Source of the DNA: Nitrospira sp.
GTDB lineage: Bacteria; Nitrospirota; Nitrospiria; Nitrospirales; Nitrospiraceae
Reading direction: 5' to 3'
NCBI GenBank assembly: GCA_047150005.1
Contig: AP038806.1
Location: forward strand, 3,072,001 to 3,136,000
Length of the DNA: 64,000 bases
Both the position numbers and the translations under genes were made by a program. Shown piece by piece: positions 1-10,555 of the stretch (position 1 is its first letter; the number at the start of each line of letters is the position of its first letter). The notes below the pieces were generated by a model. The model ran no database searches and was not told where the DNA came from. It worked only from the letters and a program-made list of their open reading frames with translations.

Positions 1-63
1 TAGGCGTGTGGCGGGAATGACGGTCGTCAGATGCAGGCAAGGACAGCATCCCGTGGCAGGACG

Positions 64-699
64 CTAGTTGGAAGCTGTTGCCGGGGAGCGAAAGAGCAAG
101 CCGGTAGTCGAAATCCGGAGCTCGTACGTCGCCTGATCACGGGCGGGGATAAACGCTGCGGAACCGTACTCCGCGTCGACAATGGGTGCGAGCCAGGCAT
201 GGCGGCGCCGCAAGGTGAACAGATCGATCAAGCGGTCATTGGAGAGGGCATAGATGGTCCGCGGCTTCGCCCGCTCGTCAGCAATGTCGTGGTACCGTCC
301 CGAGATCCGATCCAATTCGTACGCCGTATGCAGGCCGATGAGGTTCGCCCAGGACTTCCACTTCAAGATGTGCGCATCGACATATATTTCATTGCCGCCC
401 AAGGCATAGGTTTCCGGGGGTCCGTCCGGGAATCGCATGGTCACGAGAAATTCTTCCGGCCCAGTCGATTCAGCGCGAATCGTTGCGACGAGATCTTCTC
501 GCGTCAACGCCTGATAGCCCTGCAGCGAGAGATGGATCGTGAGAAAGAACAGCCCGGTGGCGAGGCAGGCTAAGGCCATCGCGCTGTGCAGGGAAAAACG
601 GAGAAACCGTTTCCGGCGAACCGCAGCCACAGCAGTCCAGAGAAATGCCAAGCCCAGCACACCGAAACCGATCGCGACGATGGTCAGCGTAGAATCCAT
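64..699 (-). CDS. hypothetical membrane protein (2 N-terminal TM helices plus soluble domain)
   Basis: 211-aa ORF; two hydrophobic segments, then a globular region (ILKWKSWANLIG...YELDRISGRY). Confidence 0.75.
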   Translation of the reverse strand: MDSTLTIVAIGFGVLGLAFLWTAVAAVRRKRFLRFSLHSAMALACLATGLFFLTIHLSLQGYQALTREDLVATIRAESTGPEEFLVTMRFPDGPPETYALGGNEIYVDAHILKWKSWANLIGLHTAYELDRISGRYHDIADERAKPRTIYALSNDRLIDLFTLRRRHAWLAPIVDAEYGSAAFIPARDQATYELRISTTGLLFRSPATASN

Positions 700-1037
700 C
701 TTGATCCCTCAGAGCGATTGTTGCTCAGGCGTTGACGACTGTCACGTGAAAAGCTGCTGGCGCAGGCCACCAGCTTAGGGAGCTAATCAGATGGAACCTG
801 CAAACTCACGACTATGTTAAACCTAACAAGAGTCCCTCTATAACAGCGGGTTTCTCCTTCACTAGTCGCAAGACAGTATGACCTCGCCTCTGTCAGCAAG
901 AGGATGCTGGAACACGCGCGTTTTCAAGTGACCAACATCTATGTTCAGCTCACACGGTCACTGGTTTCCACAACTGACTTGGTATATGTTCTCGGCCTGT
1001 GGTTTCTGAACAAGACTTTATCTGGGGGAGACTTACG

Positions 1038-1544
1038 ATGAACATCAGATTCCTGACCCTGTGGCTGGCGCTAGGGCTGCTCATCGCCGGAGGCTGCGCG
1101 AAGGTAAAGCAGATGTACGAGGATAAGAGATACGAGATCAAAGTACGCACGAATTTCGAGGAGTCCGCCGACTTCTCTTCGTTTCACACATTTGCCCATT
1201 CGGGGATGACGGACAGAGGGCGAAAGATCGCGGCCACTGACAACAGTTCTCCCTTGAGGACCAGGGTCAAAGAGATCGTCAACAAGCAGCTCGTCGCCAA
1301 GGAACTTCGACAAGTGGGCTTGGAAGAGAGCCCAGACCTGCTGGTGCACTTGTTATTCGGCATGATGGATGCCGATAAATTTCAGGAAGCCACCTTGGTA
1401 GTGAATCTGTCTGAATCGTCGAAAAAGAAGAAGGTATGGCAGGCAGTGATCACCGAAACAGTGGGAGACAGCTTGGAGAAGAACTTTGAAATGATCAACA
1501 AGGGAGTCGCCAAGGCATTCAAAGACTATCCCCCGGCCAAATGA
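1038..1544 (+). CDS. DUF4136-like lipoprotein
   Basis: ATG 1038 after GGGGGAG; lipobox IAGGC; ADFSSFHTF, PDLLV, TLVVNL..KKVWQA, FKDYPP pattern. Confidence 0.75.
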   Translation: MNIRFLTLWLALGLLIAGGCAKVKQMYEDKRYEIKVRTNFEESADFSSFHTFAHSGMTDRGRKIAATDNSSPLRTRVKEIVNKQLVAKELRQVGLEESPDLLVHLLFGMMDADKFQEATLVVNLSESSKKKKVWQAVITETVGDSLEKNFEMINKGVAKAFKDYPPAK

Positions 1545-1678
1545 AGGGATAGGACTGGACCAAGAAAAAGAGACAGGCTGAATCCGCCGAAGCCCAGCCA
1601 ACATCGAACGGATGGCCATGGCTGTCGAGGGCGATGACCAGCGGTGCGTGATCGATACGGGAATCTGAGGGATCAATC

Positions 1679-1861
1679 ATGATCAAGAATTCGGACATGC
1701 TGTACCTACGCCGCTGCGTCGAACTTGTGGCAGAGGCTCTGGAGGCGGGCGAGGATCCGTTCGGCTCCGTGCTCGCTGCAGCAGACGGAACCCGTTCTTT
1801 CCCTCCCGGGCCGAGTGCATTCGCGCATGATTCGGCGGGATTTGAACGGTCGCGCAACTAA
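1679..1861 (+). pseudogene. truncated 5' copy of the nucleoside deaminase at 8822
   Basis: MIKNSDMLYLRRCVELVAEALEAGEDPFGSVL matches the N-terminus of 8822..9310; similarity stops near 1790, before the catalytic motifs. Confidence 0.85.
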
Positions 1862-2119
1862 CTCCGTAACGGTCTATCGGTTCACCTCACCCACCTATGC
1901 ACATAGGTTCCCGTTCTTGGATTGCAACTCTGGGCTGATGAAGCATGAGAGTGCTTCCCTAGTTTGGCAATAGCTGAATCAAACAAGGGAGCTGTGCATG
2001 AATCGGTGTGACCAGAACGCCCTAGAAAAAGGTCGTGACGCTTCGTGCGATCGAGGCTGGACCGACATGAGGGAAGCAAATGGCGGAGGCCGTCCAGGAA
2101 ATTATCGTATTATGTAGCG

Positions 2120-2851
2120 CTAATATATGCTTTTGCTTACCTCAGCGGATAGCGCACTATTGTTGCCAGAGGTGTCGAATGCGGAAACGGCAAAGAAGTA
2201 TGACTGGCCGGTGGGCAAATTACTAATCGTGTACGTGTTTAGCTTTCCTATCGTAAAAGGGGACCCGGGGTAGCTGTACGTCCCCGAAGCCGTACCCACA
2301 TAGATTTTGTAACCTGCCAAATTACTTTCGCTTCCGAGATCCCACGACAAGATGGCCGACGTATTGGTCGTTGATGTGGTTGTCCCCGATGAACTATTGG
2401 TCGTAGTGGTTCCCGAACTGGTTGTCGTGGCCGGACTGATGATGAGAGTGATAGGGAGAGATGCGGTACCCCCCTTGGAGAGGTTGATGAATACCGTGGT
2501 CGTGTAACTTCCGGAAGCCAAGCCTGATGTATTGACGGAGAGAGTAATCTGAGTTGCCTTCGTGATGGTCCCTGTGCCGGGGGAGAGCGAAAGCCAAGTC
2601 GCACTCTCGGTGGCTGTCCAGCTGGCCTGACGCGAACTTCCCTTGTTCACACTGATCGCTTGGCTTGGAGGATTCTCCGCTCCTTGAACGGCCTGAAAAA
2701 TTACCGACCCTGGACTGACCGATGCGGCCCACGCTTCCTGACATGTCAGGATTGCGATCCCGAGCGCCAAAACCGCGGCGCACAACGATGTGGTTTCTGA
2801 AACAGTCGCCCTGCCAAGAACTGGGACCATAGAGAATTGTTGCATATCCAC
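2120..2851 (-). CDS. secreted BACON-like plus fibronectin type III protein
   Basis: signal peptide (AWA), SWTATESATWLSLSP, Thr/Ser linker, LSWD..LAGYKIY..YFFAVSAFDTSGN FN3; start codon uncertain. Confidence 0.8.
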   Translation of the reverse strand: MDMQQFSMVPVLGRATVSETTSLCAAVLALGIAILTCQEAWAASVSPGSVIFQAVQGAENPPSQAISVNKGSSRQASWTATESATWLSLSPGTGTITKATQITLSVNTSGLASGSYTTTVFINLSKGGTASLPITLIISPATTTSSGTTTTNSSSGTTTSTTNTSAILSWDLGSESNLAGYKIYVGTASGTYSYPGSPFTIGKLNTYTISNLPTGQSYFFAVSAFDTSGNNSALSAEVSKSIY

Positions 2852-3124
2852 CTAGTGTGGCTTGGAGTTATTGTGTGCCTTGCCAGGCTCGGACAAACGT
2901 TCAACTCGTAGCAACACCGATGCCGTGCCAATCAACAAGAGAGTGTGATGTGAATACGAGCCATTATGGCTCGTGATGTGTCGACCTTGATCCAAAGATT
3001 GAAGGGCAAACCGTTCGCTGAGGAGCAAATATGTCCGTCAAGTCCACACGGCGCACCCCAAGCGTCCAATATGGGAAGACTGTAGCAACAAGGCGGCCTC
3101 AGGTAAGGAGCCGAACGGGACTCC

Positions 3125-3454
3125 ATGTCCAAGAGCGAATGCGGCGCCGTTATGGAAGAGACCATGGCCTATTGCGAGGTGCTGAAGAAGAGCGGCCAGC
3201 TCCTCGCGGTAGAGCAACTCGACCCCATAAGGACAGCCATGAGTGTAAGGGTCCGAAGCGGGAAGTTGTCCGTGACCGACGGTCTCTTTGCTGAAACGAA
3301 GGAGCAGCTCGGCGGGTTTGTTCTACTTGATGTCCGAGACCTGAACGAGGCCGTCCAAGTGGCCTCGAAATTTCCAGCAGTACGGTTTGGGACCATGGAG
3401 GTGCGGCCGGTCAGAGACATTCCCGGCAGCGACCACTTCGCGGGTGCTTTATAA
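3125..3454 (+). CDS. YciI/DGPF-family protein, possibly 5'-truncated
   Basis: VTDGLFAETKEQLGGF...EVRPV; the usual N-terminal strand (MKY-hydrophobic) is not seen. Confidence 0.7.
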   Translation: MSKSECGAVMEETMAYCEVLKKSGQLLAVEQLDPIRTAMSVRVRSGKLSVTDGLFAETKEQLGGFVLLDVRDLNEAVQVASKFPAVRFGTMEVRPVRDIPGSDHFAGAL

Positions 3455-3505
3455 GAGTTCATCATGTGAAGAGTTGTGAATCAGACTACGGAAAGGAGAA
3501 TAGTC

Positions 3506-3952
3506 GTGGGAACGAATACCATTCGACTCCATCGCGTGTTTCGTGCAACACCAGAACGGATCTACCGGGCGTTTCTGGATGAGGATGCCATGGTAAAGTG
3601 GCTTCCGCCAAATGGATCTACCGCCAAGGTGCATCACATGGATGCCAAGGTCGGCGGGAGCTTCAAGATGTCGTTTACGAACTTCACCACGGGCAAGAGT
3701 CACTCCTTTGGCGGGGAGTATCTCGAACTCGTTCCGCATGAACGGATCAGCTACACCGACAACTTCGACGATCCGAATCTGCCTGGAGAAATTCACGTGA
3801 CGGTCTCATTGAAGAAAGTATCTTGCGGAACGGAAGTAAACATTGTGCAAGAAGGTGTGCCAGACCTCATACCTGCTGAGGCCTGTTACCTCGGCTGGCA
3901 AGAATCGTTGATCCTGCTTGGGAAACTCGTCGAATCGGAGATCCCAAACTAA
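3506..3952 (+). CDS. SRPBCC/AHSA1-family protein
   Basis: GTG 3506 after AAGGAG; RVFRATPERIYRAFLD..KWLPP, GEYLELVP, CYLGWQESL. Confidence 0.9.
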   Translation: MGTNTIRLHRVFRATPERIYRAFLDEDAMVKWLPPNGSTAKVHHMDAKVGGSFKMSFTNFTTGKSHSFGGEYLELVPHERISYTDNFDDPNLPGEIHVTVSLKKVSCGTEVNIVQEGVPDLIPAEACYLGWQESLILLGKLVESEIPN

Positions 3953-4021
3953 TGCAGAGAGATCTCTGCTGTACCGTAGCGATGATTGGCAGGTCCTGTA
4001 GATCTCGTTGTAGACTGGGAC

Positions 4022-4843
4022 ATGGCAACCGCCAAGATTCACGGGGTCCGGCTCTATTACGAACTGAGTGGTAATCAGGGCCCCCCGTTAGTCTTTGTGC
4101 ACGGTTCTTGGGACTCCCATGTTGTCTGGAACCGTGTCGTTCCACGATTAGCAGAGTCCTTTCGGGTCTTGACCTATGATCGACGGGGACACAGCAACAG
4201 CGAACGTATGACGGGGCCCGGCGGTATCCGCGAGGATGTCGCCGACCTTGCCGCGTTGATGGAGAATCTCGGGTTTGTGCCTGCGTGGGTGGCCGGGAAT
4301 TCGTTCGGTGCGTCTATCACACTCCGGCTTGCCGCGCAGCGCGCCGAGCTGTTTTGCGGTCTCATTGGGCACGAACCGCCCTTGTTTTCTCTGCTTGCCG
4401 AAGATCCCGCCTTGACACCGCTTCTACGGGAAGTGAAGAAGAGCTTGGAGGTCGTGGTCGAACGGATTGCCGCTGGAGATTATGCCGGTGGCGCCGAGCG
4501 ATTCGTCGAAAACGTTGCGCTCGGACCAGGTGCCTGGGCCCAGTTGCCCGCTACGGGCCGGCAGGCGCTGATCGAGAATGCGCCGACGTTCCTCGACGAG
4601 GCACGCGATCCGGAACAGGTGGCGTTCGATTGTGAATGGATTCGACACTTTGCCCCGCCCGTCCTTCTTACGCTCGGGGATCAGAGCCCCCCGTTCTTCT
4701 CACCCGTGGTTGCCAAACTGGCTGACGCCTTTCCCCACGCTGAGATCCGCACATTTCAGGGTGCTGGACATATTCCACACACGACTCATCCGGATGCCTA
4801 TGTAGAGGCGGTCCTCGCGTTTACCCGCAAGCATGCCGGCTGA
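4022..4843 (+). CDS. alpha/beta fold hydrolase
   Basis: VFVHGSW, YDRRGHSNS, GNSFG nucleophile elbow, GAGHIPH. Confidence 0.9.
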   Translation: MATAKIHGVRLYYELSGNQGPPLVFVHGSWDSHVVWNRVVPRLAESFRVLTYDRRGHSNSERMTGPGGIREDVADLAALMENLGFVPAWVAGNSFGASITLRLAAQRAELFCGLIGHEPPLFSLLAEDPALTPLLREVKKSLEVVVERIAAGDYAGGAERFVENVALGPGAWAQLPATGRQALIENAPTFLDEARDPEQVAFDCEWIRHFAPPVLLTLGDQSPPFFSPVVAKLADAFPHAEIRTFQGAGHIPHTTHPDAYVEAVLAFTRKHAG

Positions 4844-4935
4844 TTCCTGTCTACCCGCTTGACTCTCGGCTGCAGGCCAGCTAGCCTCGCCGGCATTCGA
4901 ATCGTCGTACATCCAACCTATCCTTCTCGGAGAAG

Positions 4936-6663
4936 GTGATGAACTCTGTGACAAGTCCCGAGCGAACGAATCGAGCCCTCACAATTGCAAGCGCGATGGT
5001 CGGCTTGATACTCGTCCTGCTTCCTAACGCCGTCTCTGCCACCCCGTCTCAGGCGGCTCCGGATTCAGTGCCGCTGTTCGATAATCTCGGCACACATCAT
5101 TACGCGATCACCACGAGCGCGCCGCAGGCACAGCGCTATTTCGATCAAGGATTGAAGCTGTACTATGCGTTTAACCATGCGGAGGCGGTTCGCGCGTTTG
5201 AAGAGGCAGCCCGATTGGACCCGGACTGTGCCATGTGCTACTGGGGACTGGCGCTTGCGCATGGTCCCAACATCAATGCACCCATGGAGCGAGAGGCTGC
5301 GCTGGCCGCATACGACGCGATTCAGAAGGCCATCGCGCGCGAAGTCACAGCCAGCGTGAAAGAGCGCGCTCTGATCCGTGCGCTGGCCGTACGCTACGTC
5401 GCTGATCCGCCGAAAGATCGCGCGACGCTGGATGCGGCCTATGCCCAAGCGCTGCGCGACGTTGCTCAGAAGGATCCAACGGACTTCGAGGTTGCGACGC
5501 TGTATGCCGAGGCGCTGATGGATCTCAGCCCATGGGATTACTGGACCGCCGAAGGACAACCGCGGGCCGAGACGCCGGAGATCCTGAAACAGCTCGATCG
5601 GGTCCTTGCCGCAAACCCGAATCATCCTGGTGCGAACCATCTCTACATCCATGCGGTCGAAGCCGCGCAACCGGAGCGTGCCGTGGCCGCTGCCGAGCGG
5701 CTCGCAGCCCTGATGCCCGGAGCCGGACATATTGTGCACATGCCTGGGCACATCTACATTCGCGTGGGCCGATATGTAGACGCCATTACGGCCAACGAGC
5801 ACGCGGTGCATGCTGACGAGGTGTACATCGAGGACCATCGCCCAAAGAACGGGATTTACACGCTCGGATACTACCCGCACAACTATGACTTTCTGGCCTT
5901 TGCCGCCAGCATGATCGGCCGTAGCCGTCAGACCATGGCGGCGGCCGAAAAGATGAGAGCGATTGCTCCCATGGACCTCCTGCGCGCGCCGGGGATGACG
6001 TTCTTGCAGCATCACGACACGCGACACCTTCAAATGCTGGTCCGATTTGCGCGCTGGCAGGAGATTCTTGAGGCGCCGGCTCCCGCGGAGGATCTGGCCT
6101 ACGCCCGAGCGATGTGGCAGTACGCACGTGGCCGGGCCTTAGCTGCCACCGGCAAGATCAAGGAAGCCGAGGAGGCACTGCACCAGCTGCGCGCGACAGC
6201 AGAGAATCCAGACCTCGCCCCGCTTCGACTCGAGTTCAATACATCCGGCGCGATCCTCCGCATTGCCATTGAGGTGCTGGCCGGACATGTCGCAGAAACG
6301 AAAGGGGATGTCACGGCGGCGATCACGCACCTCCGCGAGGGAGCGCGGCTCGAGGATGCCCTTACTTATGGCGAGCCACCCGAATGGTCGGTGCCCGTCA
6401 GACAGGAGCTCGGCATGATGCTGCTGCGGGCCGATCGGGTCACCGAGGCGGAGCAGGTATTCCAGCAGGATTTGAAGCGTTTTCCTGACAACGGCTGGTC
6501 GTTGCGTGGCTTGGAGCTGGCGCTGCGGCGGCAAGGACGGAAGGAGGAAGCTGACCGTGTACAGGCGAAGTTCAACAGGGTCTGGTCAAGCGCGGACATC
6601 GACGTGCCGATTCAGCAAAGCGGCGGCAGGGTGGACCCCGGTAAGGATGAGGTCAGTTCTTGA
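4936..6663 (+). CDS. secreted tetratricopeptide-repeat protein
   Basis: signal peptide; AQRYFDQGL..FNHAEA, HPGANHLYIHAVE, GHIVHMPGHIY; stop codon lies inside the transposon inverted repeat. Confidence 0.85.
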   Translation: MMNSVTSPERTNRALTIASAMVGLILVLLPNAVSATPSQAAPDSVPLFDNLGTHHYAITTSAPQAQRYFDQGLKLYYAFNHAEAVRAFEEAARLDPDCAMCYWGLALAHGPNINAPMEREAALAAYDAIQKAIAREVTASVKERALIRALAVRYVADPPKDRATLDAAYAQALRDVAQKDPTDFEVATLYAEALMDLSPWDYWTAEGQPRAETPEILKQLDRVLAANPNHPGANHLYIHAVEAAQPERAVAAAERLAALMPGAGHIVHMPGHIYIRVGRYVDAITANEHAVHADEVYIEDHRPKNGIYTLGYYPHNYDFLAFAASMIGRSRQTMAAAEKMRAIAPMDLLRAPGMTFLQHHDTRHLQMLVRFARWQEILEAPAPAEDLAYARAMWQYARGRALAATGKIKEAEEALHQLRATAENPDLAPLRLEFNTSGAILRIAIEVLAGHVAETKGDVTAAITHLREGARLEDALTYGEPPEWSVPVRQELGMMLLRADRVTEAEQVFQQDLKRFPDNGWSLRGLELALRRQGRKEEADRVQAKFNRVWSSADIDVPIQQSGGRVDPGKDEVSS

Positions 6664-7637
6664 CTTTGCACTTAGCGAAGGCGTGTTGTTGCTGCGATGA
6701 GAGCGTCGTCGCTTCGATTGCCTTCTGAATTTTCGAAACACGTGAAGGAGAAATCCGAAAACGAACAGCTACTGTGTGCAACGGTTCGTTTGCGGCGCGT
6801 CGCAATAAGTAGACGGCTGTCTGGTAGGCATCACGATGTGATCGGTCCAATACGTGATTTACTTGGAGGCGATAGGCCGCGGCGACGTGCTGCAGAACCT
6901 GATCTGACGAAAGGCGGGTCGGCTGTGTCTGCGCCGTTGGGACATTGGCCACAGGTTTTCCTCGTACCAGCCGTTCAATGCGATCCAGGAACTCTGGGCT
7001 TCCGAGAAAAATCTGGCTCGTCACTTGATCCCATGGCGAAGGTTGATGTACCCCTTCGGCGACAAACCGCTGGTACGCACGACGGGCTCGGGACTGTTCG
7101 CCATCCAAAAGCGATAGCACCACATCGCGTTCAAGCCAGTCGGGCGCTTCGTGTACTCCCACCGTCGCACGATAACTACTCCACGGCCACGCTCCAACTT
7201 CTTGCACCATGCCGGCTCGAACCGGATTCAGCACCACATAACGACAAAGTTCTTGCAGGTAGTTCTCCTTTTCGACGAGGAGGCTTTTAAATCGGCCCTG
7301 CAGCACATGCCCGACACGTTGATGGCGGCGATTGAACCATTGCGTGTAGGTGCCGTGTAGCCGTTTCAGTCCCCGACTCAAATTGGGTTCGGGCGTCTCG
7401 ATAACGAGATGATAATGATTCCCCATCAAGCAGTAGACGTAACACAGCCAGTGTTGTTGCAGAATTTCACGACCGAGTAAGCGGATGAACTGGTGCCGAT
7501 CCGTGTCATCAAAGAAGATGGCCTGCTGTGCGTTGCCGCGTGCTGTGATGTGGTAGAGGGCACCGGGAAATTCCACGCGCAGAGGACGAGCCATGCGGAA
7601 CACTAGAATGGAGCAGGTGCAAAGTCAAGAACTGACC
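6651..7637. mobile_element. Y1 (HUH, RAYT-like) transposase element bounded by 21-bp perfect inverted repeats
   Basis: GGTCAGTTCTTGACTTTGCAC (6651-6671) is the reverse complement of GTGCAAAGTCAAGAACTGACC (7617-7637). Confidence 0.8.
6653..7594 (-). CDS. REP-associated-type tyrosine (Y1/HUH) transposase with C-terminal HTH
   Basis: MARPLRVEFPGALYHITARGN, HUH motif NHYHL, QGRFKS, LNPVRAG, WSSY. Confidence 0.92.
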   Translation of the reverse strand: MARPLRVEFPGALYHITARGNAQQAIFFDDTDRHQFIRLLGREILQQHWLCYVYCLMGNHYHLVIETPEPNLSRGLKRLHGTYTQWFNRRHQRVGHVLQGRFKSLLVEKENYLQELCRYVVLNPVRAGMVQEVGAWPWSSYRATVGVHEAPDWLERDVVLSLLDGEQSRARRAYQRFVAEGVHQPSPWDQVTSQIFLGSPEFLDRIERLVRGKPVANVPTAQTQPTRLSSDQVLQHVAAAYRLQVNHVLDRSHRDAYQTAVYLLRRAANEPLHTVAVRFRISPSRVSKIQKAIEATTLSSQQQHAFAKCKVKN

Positions 7638-7766
7638 CCCACCTTAAACCGCAAATCCTTACGAATAGAGACCGGGGTCTTTCCTAGGTGTGCCCGACGC
7701 TGTATTTGGATAATAGCATTGAAAAGAGCTGCCGCCATCAGACACCTCGGTACGGCAAGGCAACAA

Positions 7767-8420
7767 ATGGTACGTACAGCGTCGATAAATAAAGTTCAGG
7801 CCTTACAGCACGTCAATCATGCCGCTGTCACAAGAATGCTCTGTTTGTTAGAGGATGAACTGTCCTCTGTGAATTCTCTACTCTTATTATCCCCGAACGA
7901 TGATGATGTCCGATTTGCAAAGTCATTGTTTCCTCATGCCTTCATAAGCTCGCTATATAAATCCGATTGGAATCTGTACGATCCCGCACCCGACTCTGTT
8001 GCAGGCTTCGATATGGCGTTGGCACAGAATGTTCTCATGTATTCACAATCTCCGGACGTGTGGATTCGAAACATACTTGGCGTATCGAGACACTTCGTTG
8101 CCCAGGACATCAAATATCGCAAGAGGTCAGCCATGGCTCCGTATCTGGGAAAGGACCATGATGTCACGCGGTATTCACTGACACCGGACACATGTATTCA
8201 ACCGACATTCGATTTGTCACAATTGCCGGACAGACCAATTCAGTACTTTGAGTATGCCGGAATCGCAAACGAGTACCATGTGGCAAATGATCCGCCAATC
8301 CATATCTGCATGGCGTTCAAATCGAAGACGTACAATCAACCTTCCCGCTCCGTTGGGTTTGAGAATGGATCCAGACGTCCAGGACTCGGGCGCCGTCTAT
8401 CGGCGATCTTTCATGGGTAA
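7767..8420 (+). CDS. hypothetical protein, possibly a divergent class I SAM-methyltransferase fold
   Basis: AT-richer ORF; FDMALAQNVLMY..WIRNILGVSRHFVAQD resembles methyltransferase motif IV onward; no clear GxG motif I. Confidence 0.5.
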   Translation: MVRTASINKVQALQHVNHAAVTRMLCLLEDELSSVNSLLLLSPNDDDVRFAKSLFPHAFISSLYKSDWNLYDPAPDSVAGFDMALAQNVLMYSQSPDVWIRNILGVSRHFVAQDIKYRKRSAMAPYLGKDHDVTRYSLTPDTCIQPTFDLSQLPDRPIQYFEYAGIANEYHVANDPPIHICMAFKSKTYNQPSRSVGFENGSRRPGLGRRLSAIFHG

Positions 8421-8821
8421 CGCGGCATCTTCGATTCCAGCCTCATTACTGGATGAAGATTGGGCGGCTGATTCTTAGAGCCATCAGGTCACGCACGATG
8501 GCGTTCCGTCTGCTCCGCTGCCTTAGAACCATCCGATCCACCAGAGTCTCTTCCCAACCCTGTGGCTCATCGCCGCCCCGCGGCAAAACATAGGGGCCGA
8601 GAGTCATTGTTTTAGCCTCTATCTGCCGAGCTATCAGCTTCGCTGAGATTCGGATCAGACGATCCTGGCCTCACCATCGCGGTGGCTTGCGCACACGTGA
8701 CGCTCCTATTCGTCGCGCCGCGCACCACGAACCTCCGCAATTCGCGAAGCCGGGTCGGTATACTCAATAGTTTGGTCGTCATCATTCTCCAACGCCGATA
8801 CGAGAATTCGAGGATCCAATC

Positions 8822-9310
8822 ATGGTGAAGAATTCGGACAGGCAGTACCTGTGCCGCTGCGTCGAACTTGCCGCAGAGGCGCTGGAGGCGGGCGACGAGC
8901 CGTTCGGCTCTGTGCTCGTCTCAGCGGACGGGAAGGTCTTGTTCGAGGATCGCAACCGCGTAGCCTCTGGTGATCCAACCCGACATCCGGAGTTCGAGAT
9001 TGCACGCTGGGCGGCGGCGAACATGAATCCGGAGGCGAGAGCTGCGGCGACGGTCTACACCTCGGGTGAGCATTGTCCGATGTGCGCCGCGGCGCACGGA
9101 TGGGTCGGGCTGGGTCGTATCGTGTACGTCAGCTCCGCCGAGCAATTGACAGCATGGCTCACCGAGCTTGGAGTTCCAGCCGCTCCCATCCGACCGCTGC
9201 CAATTCGTGAAATCGTTCCTCATCTCGCGGTAGACGGTCCAGTTCCTGATCTTGCCGAACAGGTGCAGGCCTTACACCGCCGCTACCACAGGATGCGAGT
9301 GCCTTCCTAG
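8822..9310 (+). CDS. nucleoside/cytosine deaminase (CDA Zn fold)
   Basis: DEPFGSVL, TRHPE, EHCPMC zinc motifs. Confidence 0.92.
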   Translation: MVKNSDRQYLCRCVELAAEALEAGDEPFGSVLVSADGKVLFEDRNRVASGDPTRHPEFEIARWAAANMNPEARAAATVYTSGEHCPMCAAAHGWVGLGRIVYVSSAEQLTAWLTELGVPAAPIRPLPIREIVPHLAVDGPVPDLAEQVQALHRRYHRMRVPS

Positions 9311-9565
9311 TCGTGAACGAACTATCCAGTCCTGTGCCGGCTAGGTAAAGAGCTGCTCACGAGTCGACATGCTTCCGCTGGTCTACTTGATTTTTCTAAG
9401 CCTATTCTCCATCCTTTCGCCGGCCAGCTGACATATGTAGCCTATTGTCCAAGTACCGCAACATCGATTCGATGCTAATTCGCACACTGTGAATCTTGCC
9501 GATGTCCATCCTTCTCCTCACTGTGTCCCCGCAATGTTGACCGTCTCACGCATTGGCGGCAGCGC

Positions 9566-10555
9566 GTGAACCGGTTTTGGCTGAGTCGTGTAGGGATGCG
9601 CAGTGATGCAAGCCTGCTAACAGGATGCGCCTGGCTCATCTGGCTTTCCTTTTTGTGCCCTCTCCAGGTGTCTTTCGCTCAGGGACCTCTATCTTCTTCG
9701 CAGGAGAGAGGGCGGGCCGACCAGGCTGTTGATGCGAAGGATTCGGAGGCTGGGTCGGAAAACCAGGAGGCGGGTCCGTCGCGCCCGGGAGCCAAGCGGT
9801 TCGGAGCGCGGCTACAGACTGTCGAGGAGCAGGAGGAGGCGAAGCGCTTGTCTGATGTCGCAGCCAGGATGGGAACGGATCCGACTGCAATCATCGGACG
9901 AGTTCAGACCCTGTTTCGGTACGATGCCTTGGAAGGAGGCAGTCGGGCCAGCAATGTGGTAGGTCGCATCGACATACCCTATCACAGTAATTTTCTCCTG
10001 CGTGCGGATCTACCGTACGTGTGGTCAAATCCCGATCAGCCCGGCGCCAGCAATCAGAATGGAGTGAGCGATCTGTTGGTGCGGGCCGGCGGGCGCGTGT
10101 ATTCGGTCCCAGGGGATACAATTTTCGCCGGCGTAGATTTCACGTTCCCGACGGCTGCCGACAAGTTGGGGAGTGGGAAGTATACGGTGGGTCCCGGCGT
10201 GGCAACGGCCCACGTGTTTCCTGCGTGGGATTCCATTGTATTTGCCCTGCTTCAGCACCAATTCTCGGTCGGAGGTGACCCTTCTCGAAATGATGTTTCC
10301 GCGTCTCGTCTCCAGTGCTGGTTCAACACCATTTGGACGGACCACTGGTGGACGCAAGTGGAGGTCGTCACTCAAATAAATTGGGAACAGAAAGAAAAAA
10401 CCAGCATGACTTTGGAATTTGAGGGGGGCTATCGGTTCGCGAAGAATTGGGCGGTCTGGGTCAGGCCAGGGGCGGGGCTCTGGGGGCGCAGTCTTCCCGG
10501 TGCCTATGATTGGGATTTCGAAGTCGGCATCCGTCGCATGTTCGCAGGATTCTGA
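9566..10555 (+). CDS. putative outer-membrane beta-barrel protein (MetA-pathway/transporter-like)
   Basis: signal peptide, GVSDL, FPTA..LGSGKYTVGP, alternating beta strands, C-terminal Phe; start uncertain. Confidence 0.65.
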   Translation: MNRFWLSRVGMRSDASLLTGCAWLIWLSFLCPLQVSFAQGPLSSSQERGRADQAVDAKDSEAGSENQEAGPSRPGAKRFGARLQTVEEQEEAKRLSDVAARMGTDPTAIIGRVQTLFRYDALEGGSRASNVVGRIDIPYHSNFLLRADLPYVWSNPDQPGASNQNGVSDLLVRAGGRVYSVPGDTIFAGVDFTFPTAADKLGSGKYTVGPGVATAHVFPAWDSIVFALLQHQFSVGGDPSRNDVSASRLQCWFNTIWTDHWWTQVEVVTQINWEQKEKTSMTLEFEGGYRFAKNWAVWVRPGAGLWGRSLPGAYDWDFEVGIRRMFAGF

